A stretch of 64,000 bases of DNA from a virus (IMGVR_UViG_3300012204_000007:32001-96000), one strand, 5' to 3'; counted from the stretch's first letter, positions 37,477-47,973 are shown. Notes: generated from the letters alone by a model not told the origin. Translations and numbers: made by a program.

Positions 37477-38706
37477 ATGGAATTAGTAAAGAGCCATTGG
37501 GAAGCGGATGACAACCGCATCCATCTGTCAATGCCCATTTCAAAGGTGGACCGCCAGAACCGTTTGGTTTCCGGATTTGCAACCCTTGATAACATTGATA
37601 CTTCTGATGAGATAGTTACCGCCGAGGCCAGCCGAGCAGCGTTCACACGTTTCCGTGGAAATGTTCGTGAAATGCATGAGCCGATAGCCGCCGGTAGAGT
37701 AGTTGATTTCAAAGAAGATTCCTTCTATGACTCTAAAACTGAAAAATATTATAGTGGCATTTATGCAACAGCATATATTTCGCTAGGAGCCGAGTCAACC
37801 TGGCAGAAGGTCCTAGATGGAACCCTGTCCGGCTTTTCTATTGGTGGCAGCATCAAGGAGAAGCATGTAGAGTATATTTCAGAATTAAACAAAAGTGTTC
37901 GATTCATTACTGACTATGACCTGAGTGAACTATCTCTGGTAGACAGTCCGGCCAACCAATTGGCAAATGTATTCTCAATCGTAAAGTCGGCAGATGGCGT
38001 ACTTATGAAGGGTATGGCCTCAGAAGTTCACCTAGTCAATGTTTTTTGGTGCGCAGCAGATGAAATCGCAAAGAACTCTTCGGGAGAATCAGAGACATGT
38101 CTGCACTGTGGAAAGACCATGGAGCAGATTGGTTGGTTTGAGAAGGGCAGCGACGAAGTGGTGAAGACCGCTAAGACCGTCGCAGACTTCCTTCGCAAGA
38201 GGGAGGACAATGTCGCAATAGACGTACCCGCACATGGCGAAGGGGGTGTAAAAATGACTGAAGATATTAAGAAGAATGCTGATGAAGAGGTAGTAGAAGT
38301 TGCTACCACCGAGGAAGTTGTTGAGGCAGAAACTGATGGCGTTGAAGCAGCAGCCGTAGAGGTTGTTGAAGAGGCAGCCGTAGAGCCTGACTTCGAGAAG
38401 ATGTTTGATGATTTGAAGGGTTCTGTAACCGACAGCATCAACAAGACCGTTGAGGCGGTAGAGGCAAAGGTGAGTGCAGCAACAGCGGCATTTGATGAAA
38501 AGGCTTCTGAGTTTGAAAAGTCTCTTGGAGAACTCAGCGAAAAGTTGGAGTCCATCAGAGAGCAGCGTGAGAATGTTACAAAGCGTTTAGACGCGCTTGA
38601 GAAGGCTTCTGCTATTAAGAAGTCCGGTGATGTTGAAACTACTGAGCCGGTAAAGAAAGCAAAGACAGGATTGTGGAGTGGCGCTTTCTTCGACGCTGGT
38701 GAATAA
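37477..38706 (+). CDS. Capsid maturation protease fused to an acidic scaffold region
   Basis: REMH, GFSIGG and ELSLVDSPAN motifs; C-terminal acidic coiled coil. Confidence 0.9.
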   Translation: MELVKSHWEADDNRIHLSMPISKVDRQNRLVSGFATLDNIDTSDEIVTAEASRAAFTRFRGNVREMHEPIAAGRVVDFKEDSFYDSKTEKYYSGIYATAYISLGAESTWQKVLDGTLSGFSIGGSIKEKHVEYISELNKSVRFITDYDLSELSLVDSPANQLANVFSIVKSADGVLMKGMASEVHLVNVFWCAADEIAKNSSGESETCLHCGKTMEQIGWFEKGSDEVVKTAKTVADFLRKREDNVAIDVPAHGEGGVKMTEDIKKNADEEVVEVATTEEVVEAETDGVEAAAVEVVEEAAVEPDFEKMFDDLKGSVTDSINKTVEAVEAKVSAATAAFDEKASEFEKSLGELSEKLESIREQRENVTKRLDALEKASAIKKSGDVETTEPVKKAKTGLWSGAFFDAGE

Positions 38707-38799
38707 TCAGCGAGCAAATTCTACAAGACTGACTGTACAAATGTAATACAAATACTTATAACTATGAAACACATGGTTCCCAGGAGGTGAAATAAACAA

Positions 38800-39834
38800 A
38801 TGAGTGATACTCTTATTGAAAAGGTTGTGACAACCGGTGGTATGCAGGGTACAAACCCTGTCGGTACCGGCGCACTAACCTATGCACAGGCTGACAAGTT
38901 CATTGACTACATGTGGGACTCAACAGTACTAGGTTCCCTAGTTACTACACGTCGTATGAAGGCTGTCGAGGAAGAGATTGATACAGTTGCCGTTGGCGCG
39001 CGTCTTGTACGTGGTGCTACAGAGGCTGTTGACACTGGTGAGAACGCGCTTCCTACCTTCGGCAAGTTGTCGATTACCACCAAGAAGTACCGTCTAGACT
39101 GGGAACTTTCTAGTGAGTCTTTGGAGGACAACATCGAGGGCGAAGCCTTCGAGGACCACCTTGCACGCCTTATGGCTACACAGTTGGGTAACGACCTAGA
39201 AGACATCGCCATCAATGGTGACACAACCTCTACCGTTCCCGGTATTAAGGTGGACGACGGTTGGAGGAAGCGCGCCGTTGCAGGTGCTCACGTTATCGAC
39301 CACGCTGGTAACTTGCTTAACCGCGATGCATTCAACAAGTCTCTTAAGGCTATGCCACGTAAGTACATGGCCAAGAGAAACGGGTTGAAGTTCTTCACTG
39401 GTACCAACGCAATTCAGGACTACATCTACTCTCTACAGCAGGTTGAAAGCAACTTCGTTAATCCGGAGGCGCTTGCTGCTGCTGGTATTAACCAGGCTGT
39501 ACGTACTGAGGGTCCTGCTGGATTCATTACTGGTAATGCGTTCGGGCAGAAGGTTCAGGAAGTTCCGCTATTCCTAGAGGACCGTGACGGAGACTATGAC
39601 ACCAACTCGTCTACTTCTGGTATTCAGTTGCCATCTGCGTCTATCAACCACACCGACCTATGGTTGACCTTCCCAGAGAACCTAATCTGGGGAATCAAGC
39701 GTGACGTAAAGGTTTTCCGTGAGTTCAAGATTAAGAAGGACACCGTTGAGTACACAGTCTTCACCCGTCAGGGCGTACAGATTGAGAATCTCGATGCATT
39801 CGTTGTTCTAAAAAACGTCCGTCTGGCTGCTTGA
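38800..39834 (+). CDS. Major capsid protein
   Basis: Position; ESLEDNIEG...DLEDIAINGD; strong RBS AGGAGGT; terminator follows. Confidence 0.9.
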   Translation: MSDTLIEKVVTTGGMQGTNPVGTGALTYAQADKFIDYMWDSTVLGSLVTTRRMKAVEEEIDTVAVGARLVRGATEAVDTGENALPTFGKLSITTKKYRLDWELSSESLEDNIEGEAFEDHLARLMATQLGNDLEDIAINGDTTSTVPGIKVDDGWRKRAVAGAHVIDHAGNLLNRDAFNKSLKAMPRKYMAKRNGLKFFTGTNAIQDYIYSLQQVESNFVNPEALAAAGINQAVRTEGPAGFITGNAFGQKVQEVPLFLEDRDGDYDTNSSTSGIQLPSASINHTDLWLTFPENLIWGIKRDVKVFREFKIKKDTVEYTVFTRQGVQIENLDAFVVLKNVRLAA

Positions 39835-39855
39835 TAGCAATTCTGATGTTTTACA

Positions 39856-39889
39856 CTACCGGCGGCTATCCTAGGATAGCCGCCGGTAG
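39856..39889 (+). terminator. Perfect 34-bp palindrome after the capsid gene
   Basis: CTACCGGCGGCTATCCTAGGATAGCCGCCGGTAG. Confidence 0.6.
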
Positions 39890-39939
39890 CATTATTATGA
39901 AGCATATGATATACTCACAATAATAGAAAGAGGATAATT

Positions 39940-40386
39940 ATGAGTTTTCAGAGTTTAAAGGTCGCTGAGTTGAGAGGGGTCGCTGAATTTTTCAATATTG
40001 ATGTTGTAACAGCAGACCCATCAACAGAGGCAACTAAGAAGGAGTTAATTGCGGCACTCGCCGCCGACGCCGAGCCGGTAACCTGGCAGCAGTACAATGA
40101 TATTTATTTGCCAGCGAAGGAACTAGAGGCAGCAGCACAGGTAACAGAGAATGTAGAGCCTGATGTAGTTGTAGAGCAGCCGGAGCCAAAGGTAGTAGAC
40201 CCTAACCAAAAGACTGTGCTTATTAAGTACGGGCGACAGAACCCAACGTTTGAAGTTCTTGGGTTTACATTCAGCAAGCGCCACCCATTCGCTTCCGTTC
40301 CGGAAGACGTAGCAGAGCATCTAGTTAGAAACGTTACCGGTTTTAGACTAGCACTACAATCAGAAATCACCGACTACTACGGCTGA
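39940..40386 (+). CDS. Hypothetical protein (N-terminal HeH/Rho-N-like motif)
   Basis: LKVAELR..A...TKKELIAAL; RBS AGGAGG. Confidence 0.7.
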   Translation: MSFQSLKVAELRGVAEFFNIDVVTADPSTEATKKELIAALAADAEPVTWQQYNDIYLPAKELEAAAQVTENVEPDVVVEQPEPKVVDPNQKTVLIKYGRQNPTFEVLGFTFSKRHPFASVPEDVAEHLVRNVTGFRLALQSEITDYYG

Positions 40387-40425
40387 TATTTTGTATTAGA
40401 ACCTAATAGGATATATACTGACAAT

Positions 40426-40650
40426 ATGGAAGACAATACTAAGATAGGCGTAGACGAACTTGTGGTACTAAGCAAGTTCGAAGGCGACCCTCTTCCAGAA
40501 AATGAGTTTGAAAGACTTACTATTCATAATGGTATTGTTGAATCACATTGCCGCGTTGAAGGTGGCATGCTCGTCGGGCCGGTATTAGCAGATAACCTCG
40601 TAGGAAAAGATATTGGTACCCTTATGTCGCACGATGGGGAGGTAAACTAA
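40426..40650 (+). CDS. Hypothetical protein
   Basis: Leaderless after TATACT. Confidence 0.6.
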   Translation: MEDNTKIGVDELVVLSKFEGDPLPENEFERLTIHNGIVESHCRVEGGMLVGPVLADNLVGKDIGTLMSHDGEVN

Positions 40651-41030
40651 TGCCTATTACAGACGCAGGAAGAAATCATCTATGCCAGGCTGGCATCGGC
40701 GCGGCGGTAACAGCATTTAACAATGCTAATGCTTATATTGGTGTTGGAGACTCATCAACTGCATTTGCAGCAGCACAGACAGACCTACAGGCTGCATCTA
40801 ACAAGTTGCGCAAGGCTATGGACGCAACATATCCATCCGGCGGAAGCAATGTGCTCACATTCAGGTCCACATTTGCTACCACAGACGCAAACTTTGCTTG
40901 GGCAGAATGGGGCGTGTTCAATGCTTCATCAGCCGGTACCATGCTTAGCCGTAAGGTTGAAGCACTAGGAACAAAGACATCAGCACAGACTTGGCAGTTC
41001 ACTGTCGTTTTGACTGTCACGACCGCGTAA
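40650..41030 (+). CDS. Virion structural protein
   Basis: IT.AG, IGVGD, ANFAW.EWGVFN and LGTK motifs. Confidence 0.75.
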   Translation: MPITDAGRNHLCQAGIGAAVTAFNNANAYIGVGDSSTAFAAAQTDLQAASNKLRKAMDATYPSGGSNVLTFRSTFATTDANFAWAEWGVFNASSAGTMLSRKVEALGTKTSAQTWQFTVVLTVTTA

Positions 41031-41037
41031 TAGTAGA

Positions 41038-41277
41038 TTGCCAGAGCATCCAAATGCTCGTGGCAAAAAATATGTTTTAGAACATATTTATATAATGTCT
41101 GAAAGCCTAGGAAGGCCAATTGATACTAAAAATGAATCTGTACATCACATCAATGGCGACCATGGGGACAATAGATTAGAAAACCTACAATTGCGAAAGC
41201 GCTACCACGGCAAGGGCCAGAAATGGCAATGCGGAGATTGTGGAAGCCATAACATTCTTGCATCAGAACTAGCATAA
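41038..41277 (+). CDS. HNH endonuclease (small or truncated)
   Basis: EH..IM..LGRP, VHHINGD..DNRLENL. Confidence 0.75.
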   Translation: MPEHPNARGKKYVLEHIYIMSESLGRPIDTKNESVHHINGDHGDNRLENLQLRKRYHGKGQKWQCGDCGSHNILASELA

Positions 41278-41390
41278 TGATATACTAAATAAAACATATC
41301 TTAGTTGAGGTAGGAGTTTAAAACCTAACCGCCCCACGGGAACCGTCTTGGCGTTCCCGTGGGGCGGTATTTTGTTTAAAAGGAGTAATT

Positions 41391-43523
41391 ATGGCTATTG
41401 CACAGCGCGGTTCAACAACGACCGCCACGGGCACATCGACCGCGCCCGCTGCTGCCAAGCCGACTGGCACTATCTCCACCGATATCGTTATTTTCACTGT
41501 CGCCGCAGCGGGCGGCGGAACCTTCACGCCACCGACTGGCTACACGTCGCTGTACGACACATCGGCTACAGTCACCAACCCCAAATTGCACGTCTGTTAT
41601 CGAGTGTGTGACGGAGGGGCGAACGACACGCCATCTGGTGCCACCCTCACTACGTCTGTCGCGTGGAGTGCGCAGGCAACGGCGTTCTCAGGTGTCGACA
41701 ACACTACTCCGTGGGAAACTGCGGTCTCGGCAATTGAGTATTCAGCGACTACGACTGCATGTATTGCTCCCAACGTTCCTGCGGGAGCAACCGGTAGATG
41801 GATTGTTGGCGGGGCGTCAGGAAATAGTTCGACAACAACATGGACTCCACCGACTAGCCCGAGCACATGGTCTGAGTTGTACGACCCAGGAGCAGGCAAG
41901 TCGCACACATTTGCTGTTCTTGCATCCAGTAGCGCTGCAACATCACCGACGTTTACGCAATCCGCTGCCAGAGCAGCGGCAGCATGGTCTGGTTCCCTAT
42001 TGCCTGACGCTGGTGGCACTGTATCTAAGTCTGCATCCGATACATCAAGCATAACTATTACTGAGTCTAAATCACTAGACTCATCATCTACTAGTGCAGA
42101 TACCGCTTCAATAGCGATATCTGATACATCGCAGTCACAAAGCACTTTGTCAGCGGCCGACACTGCTTCAGTAGCAGTCACAGATTCTTCATCGGTAGGC
42201 ATTATAACTGATAAATCCGCTAATGATACATCATCAATAGCAATAGCAGACTCTTCGGCGGTAGCCATACTAAATGTATTGTCTGCATCCGATACATCAT
42301 CCATTAGTATTGCAGAAGCCAAGACATTAGCGTCGTCTAGCACGAGCACAGACACTGGCTCCTTGTCAATATCAGAATCATCAAGTGTATTTGTTGCTAT
42401 CTCAGCCAGCGATACTAGTTCCATTTCTATTGCAGAGTCTACTGATATTCAAACGGTCCTGTCAGCGAGCGATACAGCATCTTTATCTATTGCTGATACG
42501 TCATCGCCCGATGTTCTATTGTCTAGAACAGATACAGCCAGCGTCTCAATTGCTGAGTCTAACTCGATACTTACGACAATCTCTGTATCAGATTCGTTCG
42601 CCGTATCTATTGCCGAGGCAAAGTCGCTAGCAGGCTCAAGCACAAGCACAGATACAGCCTCTGTGTCTGTCTCTGAGACCGCTGCAATTACAGTGGCACT
42701 ATCTGCCGCCGACACCAGCGCGATTACTGTGAGCGAAACCTCATCGGTCTCAGGCACCATGTCCGCCACAGACACAGCATCGATTGCGATTGCGGATGCC
42801 TCTGCTACTGCAATACCTCTATCAGCCACAGACACCAGTGCAATATCTATTGCCGAGACCACAGACACTGTTGTTGGCGGCGTGACTGATAAGGCTGGGA
42901 CAGATACAGCATCGATTGCAGTTTCTGAGACTACAAATGTAGTACAAATATTGTCCGCATCTGATACTAATGGGTTGCATGTCGATGAGACGGCGGCGGT
43001 AGTATCAACATCTGCAAGAACAGAATCCGCAGCAATATCAATTACTGAGTCTGTTGCGGTTCTAGTAACACTATCAGCAAGCGATACGTCTAGCATTGCT
43101 ATATCAGAGTCAGCAACACAGACTATTCTTACATCTAAGTCTGCTGTAGATATGGCATCAGTCTCTATCAACGAGGCCGTGGGAGTTACAGGAACCGTTT
43201 CTGCTTCTGATACCGGAGCAATCGCTGTATCAGAAAATACTGAATCATTTGTTCAGAGCGGTTCTCAAGACACCTCTGCAATCTCTATATCAGAGCAGTC
43301 GAGCGTAGTAGATATTGATGCTCTCCCACACGATGTTTTTGCATCTGATGAGAGTTCTATCAGTATCTCAGAGTTTAGAAAGTTGAATAACCTGAACGCT
43401 CCGGAGACAGAAGTACATATTGAAACCACTTCCGGTTCAAGTTCTGGTAGGTTTGCATCAAATACTGAAAGTGCTATAATGAGTCATATAGAAACTTCTA
43501 TAAATACTAATGTTAGGTTGTAG
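41391..43523 (+). CDS. Ser/Thr/Ala-rich repeat virion protein (putative head or neck fibre)
   Basis: About 20 tandem ~22-aa repeats of the form S-A-x-D-T-x-S-I-x-I-x-E; RBS AAGGAG. Confidence 0.75.
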   Translation: MAIAQRGSTTTATGTSTAPAAAKPTGTISTDIVIFTVAAAGGGTFTPPTGYTSLYDTSATVTNPKLHVCYRVCDGGANDTPSGATLTTSVAWSAQATAFSGVDNTTPWETAVSAIEYSATTTACIAPNVPAGATGRWIVGGASGNSSTTTWTPPTSPSTWSELYDPGAGKSHTFAVLASSSAATSPTFTQSAARAAAAWSGSLLPDAGGTVSKSASDTSSITITESKSLDSSSTSADTASIAISDTSQSQSTLSAADTASVAVTDSSSVGIITDKSANDTSSIAIADSSAVAILNVLSASDTSSISIAEAKTLASSSTSTDTGSLSISESSSVFVAISASDTSSISIAESTDIQTVLSASDTASLSIADTSSPDVLLSRTDTASVSIAESNSILTTISVSDSFAVSIAEAKSLAGSSTSTDTASVSVSETAAITVALSAADTSAITVSETSSVSGTMSATDTASIAIADASATAIPLSATDTSAISIAETTDTVVGGVTDKAGTDTASIAVSETTNVVQILSASDTNGLHVDETAAVVSTSARTESAAISITESVAVLVTLSASDTSSIAISESATQTILTSKSAVDMASVSINEAVGVTGTVSASDTGAIAVSENTESFVQSGSQDTSAISISEQSSVVDIDALPHDVFASDESSISISEFRKLNNLNAPETEVHIETTSGSSSGRFASNTESAIMSHIETSINTNVRL

Positions 43524-43548
43524 GGCACCGACTAGGTGCCGGTAGACA

Positions 43549-44514
43549 TTGAGCGAGATTAATATTGGAACCAGCCAGTTCGTATATCTTGATTTGTACG
43601 GCGGTACTGCCGACACGCTTCCAACCGCGACGGTAACGAATGACCTTGGTGTATCTAGGTCATTGGTAGTTATACAGGACACCTTGGTCGGCACAATGAC
43701 AGACCGCTATCGCGCAACCCTGAATATGGCTGACACCCAAAGAGAAGGCGAACTTCAAGTAGATTGGTCATTGACGGTAGATACCGTTCCGGTAACCAAG
43801 ACTGACTATTTTGAAGTTATTACACCCTATCTTACATATGGCGAAGTCAAGGAAATTTGGCCTAATGCTACTGATGCTGAAATAGCAGAGGTCGAGGCGG
43901 CGGTACGATTCGTTATTAATGCTCATACCGGCCAGACGTTCGGTTTTGCATCTAATAAGACCATTGTTGTTGAGGGGCACGGAGATAACTCTCTGCGTCT
44001 CCCATCTAGACTAGTAACATTGACAGGATGGTCGACACTTACAGCCAACCTTGACCCTAATGCCGTAATCATTGTAAGCGATGGATGGTATCTGAAAAAG
44101 GCTTGGGCAGACGAGTTATCCCAAATTACTAGTACATCAACCTATTGGACCGGATGGGATTCAGTTAATAGTGCTGCTCCTGGTGAGCCTGGATATGAGA
44201 AACCAAGCCATGGTCCAGTTATATCAGCACCGGGAACTAGCGGTATATCCACACCCTGGCGTGCTGGTTATCCATTTACTATTGTTGGAGACTGGGGATA
44301 TAAGACAGTACCAAATGTAGTTAGAGCAGCGGCTCGCCTATTGGTTAATGATTATGCATGTCAAGAGATTGCATATCGAGATAGATACCTAGAATCGGTT
44401 AAAGCCGCCGATTGGAGACTACAGTTCTCTTCCCGAGCATGGGAATACACCGGCAACGTTAGGGCAGACCAACTTCTATCTGAATTTGTATTGCTAGATT
44501 GGGCGGTAATCTAA
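43549..44514 (+). CDS. Head-to-tail adaptor
   Basis: Position; TPYLT, IN.HTGQ.F and GDWGY..VP..V..AA..L motifs. Confidence 0.7.
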   Translation: MSEINIGTSQFVYLDLYGGTADTLPTATVTNDLGVSRSLVVIQDTLVGTMTDRYRATLNMADTQREGELQVDWSLTVDTVPVTKTDYFEVITPYLTYGEVKEIWPNATDAEIAEVEAAVRFVINAHTGQTFGFASNKTIVVEGHGDNSLRLPSRLVTLTGWSTLTANLDPNAVIIVSDGWYLKKAWADELSQITSTSTYWTGWDSVNSAAPGEPGYEKPSHGPVISAPGTSGISTPWRAGYPFTIVGDWGYKTVPNVVRAAARLLVNDYACQEIAYRDRYLESVKAADWRLQFSSRAWEYTGNVRADQLLSEFVLLDWAVI

Positions 44515-44515
44515 A

Positions 44516-45013
44516 ATGGTAGTATGCCTGACAAGTATCCGTTTCAATATGAAGGCTGATATTCTTAGACAGTCTGTGGAAACAGAAGTATCACCGGGAC
44601 AATGGATTTTAACATCGGACCCAGACTCTAATGAAATCATTAGGGAATGGCAGTCTGGAACTACAGACCAGGGAACTCCTTCGAACATCACAGACGACCT
44701 AGAGTCATTTTCATGCATCGCTCGCAGCGTTGTTGGCAATGGTGCGCGTATCGCTGGCACGACCGAGCGTTTTGGCGAACTATACGAAGGTGTAGATTAT
44801 GTATTAATTACATTCTCATCTAGTGTGAAAATTAGTCGTAGAGACAGAATCACGAATATTAGAGATACCGCCGGTAATATTATTTGGAGAGAAGAAGAGC
44901 GTGTAGATGATGCCCCAACTGTATTCAATGTAAATGGTGTTAATCCTATCATCAGTCCTTTCGGTAAGCATATTGAGTCAATGGCACTTCTACAGAGGAT
45001 AGAGGGACAGTAA
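44516..45013 (+). CDS. Head-to-tail stopper-like protein
   Basis: Synteny and size; DRITNIRD motif. Confidence 0.55.
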   Translation: MVVCLTSIRFNMKADILRQSVETEVSPGQWILTSDPDSNEIIREWQSGTTDQGTPSNITDDLESFSCIARSVVGNGARIAGTTERFGELYEGVDYVLITFSSSVKISRRDRITNIRDTAGNIIWREEERVDDAPTVFNVNGVNPIISPFGKHIESMALLQRIEGQ

Positions 45014-45843
45014 TGTTTAATGTTAGCGCAGACCTATCTCCAATTGGCAATACTATTGCCGCTGTTCATGGCACATTGAACGCTGTAGAGGGCCAGCGGT
45101 TCAAGGGGCGTTTTGTCAACTCCACCATGAACAGCCTTCGCAAGAAGTTCATGGCTGATGCTATCGCTGCCAATATCTCTGGTGCTGCCAGCCTACAGCA
45201 TGTCTTTGAATGGCCAGACCAAGATGCTCGTGGTATTTCTACTGGTAGGCCAAGCAGCGTTCCACTTTTTATATTAACCAAGCAGGGCAGAGGCGGTAAC
45301 AAGTCGTTATCATTTAGTTTCCTTCCATCAGAGAAACAAGTGCCTCTTCCCAATCCGGCCAGGTATGGATTCAAAGAGGAGAAACTTGCATTCATGCATC
45401 GCCATGTATTTCGCATGAAGGCACTAGTTATGGAAACTCAGAGTAACGTACAAATTGCTCCGCGAAATGCAAACAAGTTGTTCATTCCTACGGCTGACAA
45501 CAAGTATGGTTATGTAATGACTAAAAAGAGCACTCTGATTAATCCTGGCGGATTGCAGTCTACTGGTGGATTCTCAAAGTTCTGGACAGCGTGGTTCGAG
45601 ACAAGAGCCCAAGAGATTCTTAATGAAAAGAGCGCAAAGGCTGCTAGCGTAATCGCAAAGACAGGTCAGAAGGTTGTTAGATATATGGCCGGTACAAAAA
45701 TCGGTGGAGTAAGCGTCGGCGGTAGGTTCGCCAGCGGTAAAGGCGTAAGTATTGCATATATTAAAGCAGAAACACGTAGAGCAGAGATGCTTGCAGAAGC
45801 AGAACTATTTGCCTATTATCCTGATGAAGACTGGGGGAACTAA
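45013..45843 (+). CDS. Neck or tail completion protein
   Basis: Synteny; LQHVFEW motif. Confidence 0.55.
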   Translation: MFNVSADLSPIGNTIAAVHGTLNAVEGQRFKGRFVNSTMNSLRKKFMADAIAANISGAASLQHVFEWPDQDARGISTGRPSSVPLFILTKQGRGGNKSLSFSFLPSEKQVPLPNPARYGFKEEKLAFMHRHVFRMKALVMETQSNVQIAPRNANKLFIPTADNKYGYVMTKKSTLINPGGLQSTGGFSKFWTAWFETRAQEILNEKSAKAASVIAKTGQKVVRYMAGTKIGGVSVGGRFASGKGVSIAYIKAETRRAEMLAEAELFAYYPDEDWGN

Positions 45844-45845
45844 TA

Positions 45846-46361
45846 ATGGTATATGAAGACACTAACGCGGTATACGCATTGAACTCATATGTTTGGAAAC
45901 TTCTAGAGGCTAACCTTGAGTGGGTAAAGTACCAGGGCATTCCTCCAATTATTCCTATTGCTCAGCAACCAGAATTCTTACAGTCTGCGAAGGCTTTCCT
46001 TATATATGGTAGTGCAAGGCACCCCTCAGACCATCTATATGCTTTGGTGACGGAAAGCATTTCATACACTATCTATGCTACTACATCAACAGAAGTCAAC
46101 AAAATAGCGAATCTGTTAGCAGATACTTTCGCTAGACAGGACGAAGCCGCAGCAGATGTGAACGAGTGGCTAGGTGTTGAAGCCATAGGACTAAGCAAGA
46201 CGCGCGGTATATCATTTGGTACTGTTCGTTCCGTGATGGTAGAAAAGGCAACACCAGCAGATGAAGAGGGCGGGTACGTCTCTGGGCTGGTCATGTTAGA
46301 GGCTAAATATGTTGAAGATAATGACACAATCCAGACTTCTGGATTCACATATACGGTATAA
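45846..46361 (+). CDS. Tail terminator-like protein
   Basis: Immediately precedes the major tail gene. Confidence 0.55.
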   Translation: MVYEDTNAVYALNSYVWKLLEANLEWVKYQGIPPIIPIAQQPEFLQSAKAFLIYGSARHPSDHLYALVTESISYTIYATTSTEVNKIANLLADTFARQDEAAADVNEWLGVEAIGLSKTRGISFGTVRSVMVEKATPADEEGGYVSGLVMLEAKYVEDNDTIQTSGFTYTV

Positions 46362-46447
46362 CAATTTTGCATTAGAATGTCAATGATGATAGTATGATTT
46401 TGAGGAAGTGCTAAATAAAATCATTACGGGAAGAGGTGACAAATTAA

Positions 46448-47116
46448 ATGGCAAACACACCAGCAGTTAATACACAGAATATCTTGGTTGGTGCTGCGTC
46501 TCTATACATTGCTAACGCTGGCGTAGTAGACCCAACACTTAAGCCTGCATTCGCTGTAGCATCTTATCGTACTACTCTAGAGGCAACTCCATGGGTCCCA
46601 GCATCTACCGATGCTTCTAGCGCAGCCGCATGGCAGGGCGTGGGATTCACACAGGAAGGCCTAGAGGTTTCATACGAGCCAAGTTATGGCGACGTTGAGG
46701 TTGACCAGTTACTAGACTCTGCTCTAGTTTTCAAGCAGAGCATGAAGGTTTCCCTAAATACCACATTGGCTGAGGCAACTCTATACAACCTAATGTTGGC
46801 ATGGGGTCAGGCGGCTTCGACTTTGACTTCAACTGCATCTGATGCAGAACTAGACGTTCAGGGAGGTTCTTTGGGTGACGCTCCTATCGAGCGTGCATTC
46901 ATCGCGGTCGGCAACGGCTCATACCTACGTAGTGGTCAGACCAACGTTTCACAATACGGTGAGCGTGTATATCACGTGTATCGTACTCTTAACGTGGAGG
47001 CTTCAACACACTCTATGAAGAGGAACGAAAGCACCGGTATTCCTGTTTCCTTCCGTGCGCTTCCGGCTTCGACTGGCTCGTACGGCAAGATTAAGGACCG
47101 TAAGAGGACTTGGTAA
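46448..47116 (+). CDS. Major tail protein
   Basis: NILVGAA, GFTQEG...Y.P....EVDQ and T.LAEATL.NL motifs; followed by a GAAA-loop terminator. Confidence 0.85.
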   Translation: MANTPAVNTQNILVGAASLYIANAGVVDPTLKPAFAVASYRTTLEATPWVPASTDASSAAAWQGVGFTQEGLEVSYEPSYGDVEVDQLLDSALVFKQSMKVSLNTTLAEATLYNLMLAWGQAASTLTSTASDAELDVQGGSLGDAPIERAFIAVGNGSYLRSGQTNVSQYGERVYHVYRTLNVEASTHSMKRNESTGIPVSFRALPASTGSYGKIKDRKRTW

Positions 47117-47245
47117 TCATCAGGTAATCCCTAGGAATTATACAGATAGGCCCCGGTACGAAAGTGTCGGGGCCTTACTGTTGCTTAAAACTTGCGCTTT
47201 AATGGACTAACCTATATAATTACATTAAGACAAACAGGAGGAACA

Positions 47246-47677
47246 TTGGCAACAGAAGTATACACCGTAGAGACCGTCATATTGCTGGACGATACGGAAG
47301 TAGAGTTAAGACCCCTTCCCATCGCTAAGTTGAGGAAGTTCACAAGATTGTGGTCAGACCATTTGAGTATGGTAAGAAAAGCCTTCGCGGCGGTAGAAGA
47401 GACAGAAGAGGAAGATGGCAAAGACAAGCCAGATGAAGACTTCTTGAATAATAAGATTACAGATGCACAGTTTGATGTTTTCATCAAGATGTGTGCGCTT
47501 GGGCTTGAGTCTCAGTTGAAGGGCGAGAAGACTGAGAAGCAGTTTCTTTCACATCTAGAAGATATTCTTGACGAGCACACAATTTACCGTATTCTAGAAC
47601 GTACTGGTGGATTGAATATGAGTGATAGCATCCCAAATCAGAAGCCCCCAGTGAATCCGGGGGCTGGGACAATCTAG
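47246..47677 (+). CDS. Tail assembly chaperone (G-like)
   Basis: TTG start with an AGGAGG RBS; between major tail and tape measure. Confidence 0.8.
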   Translation: MATEVYTVETVILLDDTEVELRPLPIAKLRKFTRLWSDHLSMVRKAFAAVEETEEEDGKDKPDEDFLNNKITDAQFDVFIKMCALGLESQLKGEKTEKQFLSHLEDILDEHTIYRILERTGGLNMSDSIPNQKPPVNPGAGTI

Positions 47678-47973
47678 ACCTTGCAGCCTTGCTAGCGGAT
47701 GCATTTCCGTTAGGAAACTGGAAGAGCATTAAAGAGATGGAAGACGTACTAACAATAGAAGAACTTTATCTCTTGATTGAAGCACAGAACCGCGCAGAAG
47801 ACAAAAGAAGACAGTTCGATGCAGCCATCCAAGGTATCGACATAAATGAGGGCAAGACAGACGAGAGTTTTGAAGCCATCAAGATGAAAGCAGAAGCCGC
47901 ACTGGCTGGAAAGGATGAAGAAAAATACGCCTTCGATTTGATTGGAATTGAAATCGATAGCGATGATGACTAA
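47632..47973 (+). CDS. -1 frameshift extension of the tail assembly chaperone (GT-like)
   Basis: Slippery C CCA AAT at 47632-47638; -1 frame open 47629-47973; GC hairpin at 47643-47665. Confidence 0.75.
   Translation, partial: PKSEAPSESGGWDNLDLAALLADAFPLGNWKSIKEMEDVLTIEELYLLIEAQNRAEDKRRQFDAAIQGIDINEGKTDESFEAIKMKAEAALAGKDEEKYAFDLIGIEIDSDDD

Noticed and set aside
38028-38717. 229-aa minus-strand ORF
   Set aside because: Antisense shadow of the protease/scaffold gene.
41398-43171. Long alternative ORFs 41398..42054, 41597..42424 and 42449..43171
   Set aside because: Shadows of the repetitive S/T/A-rich gene; no independent expression signals.
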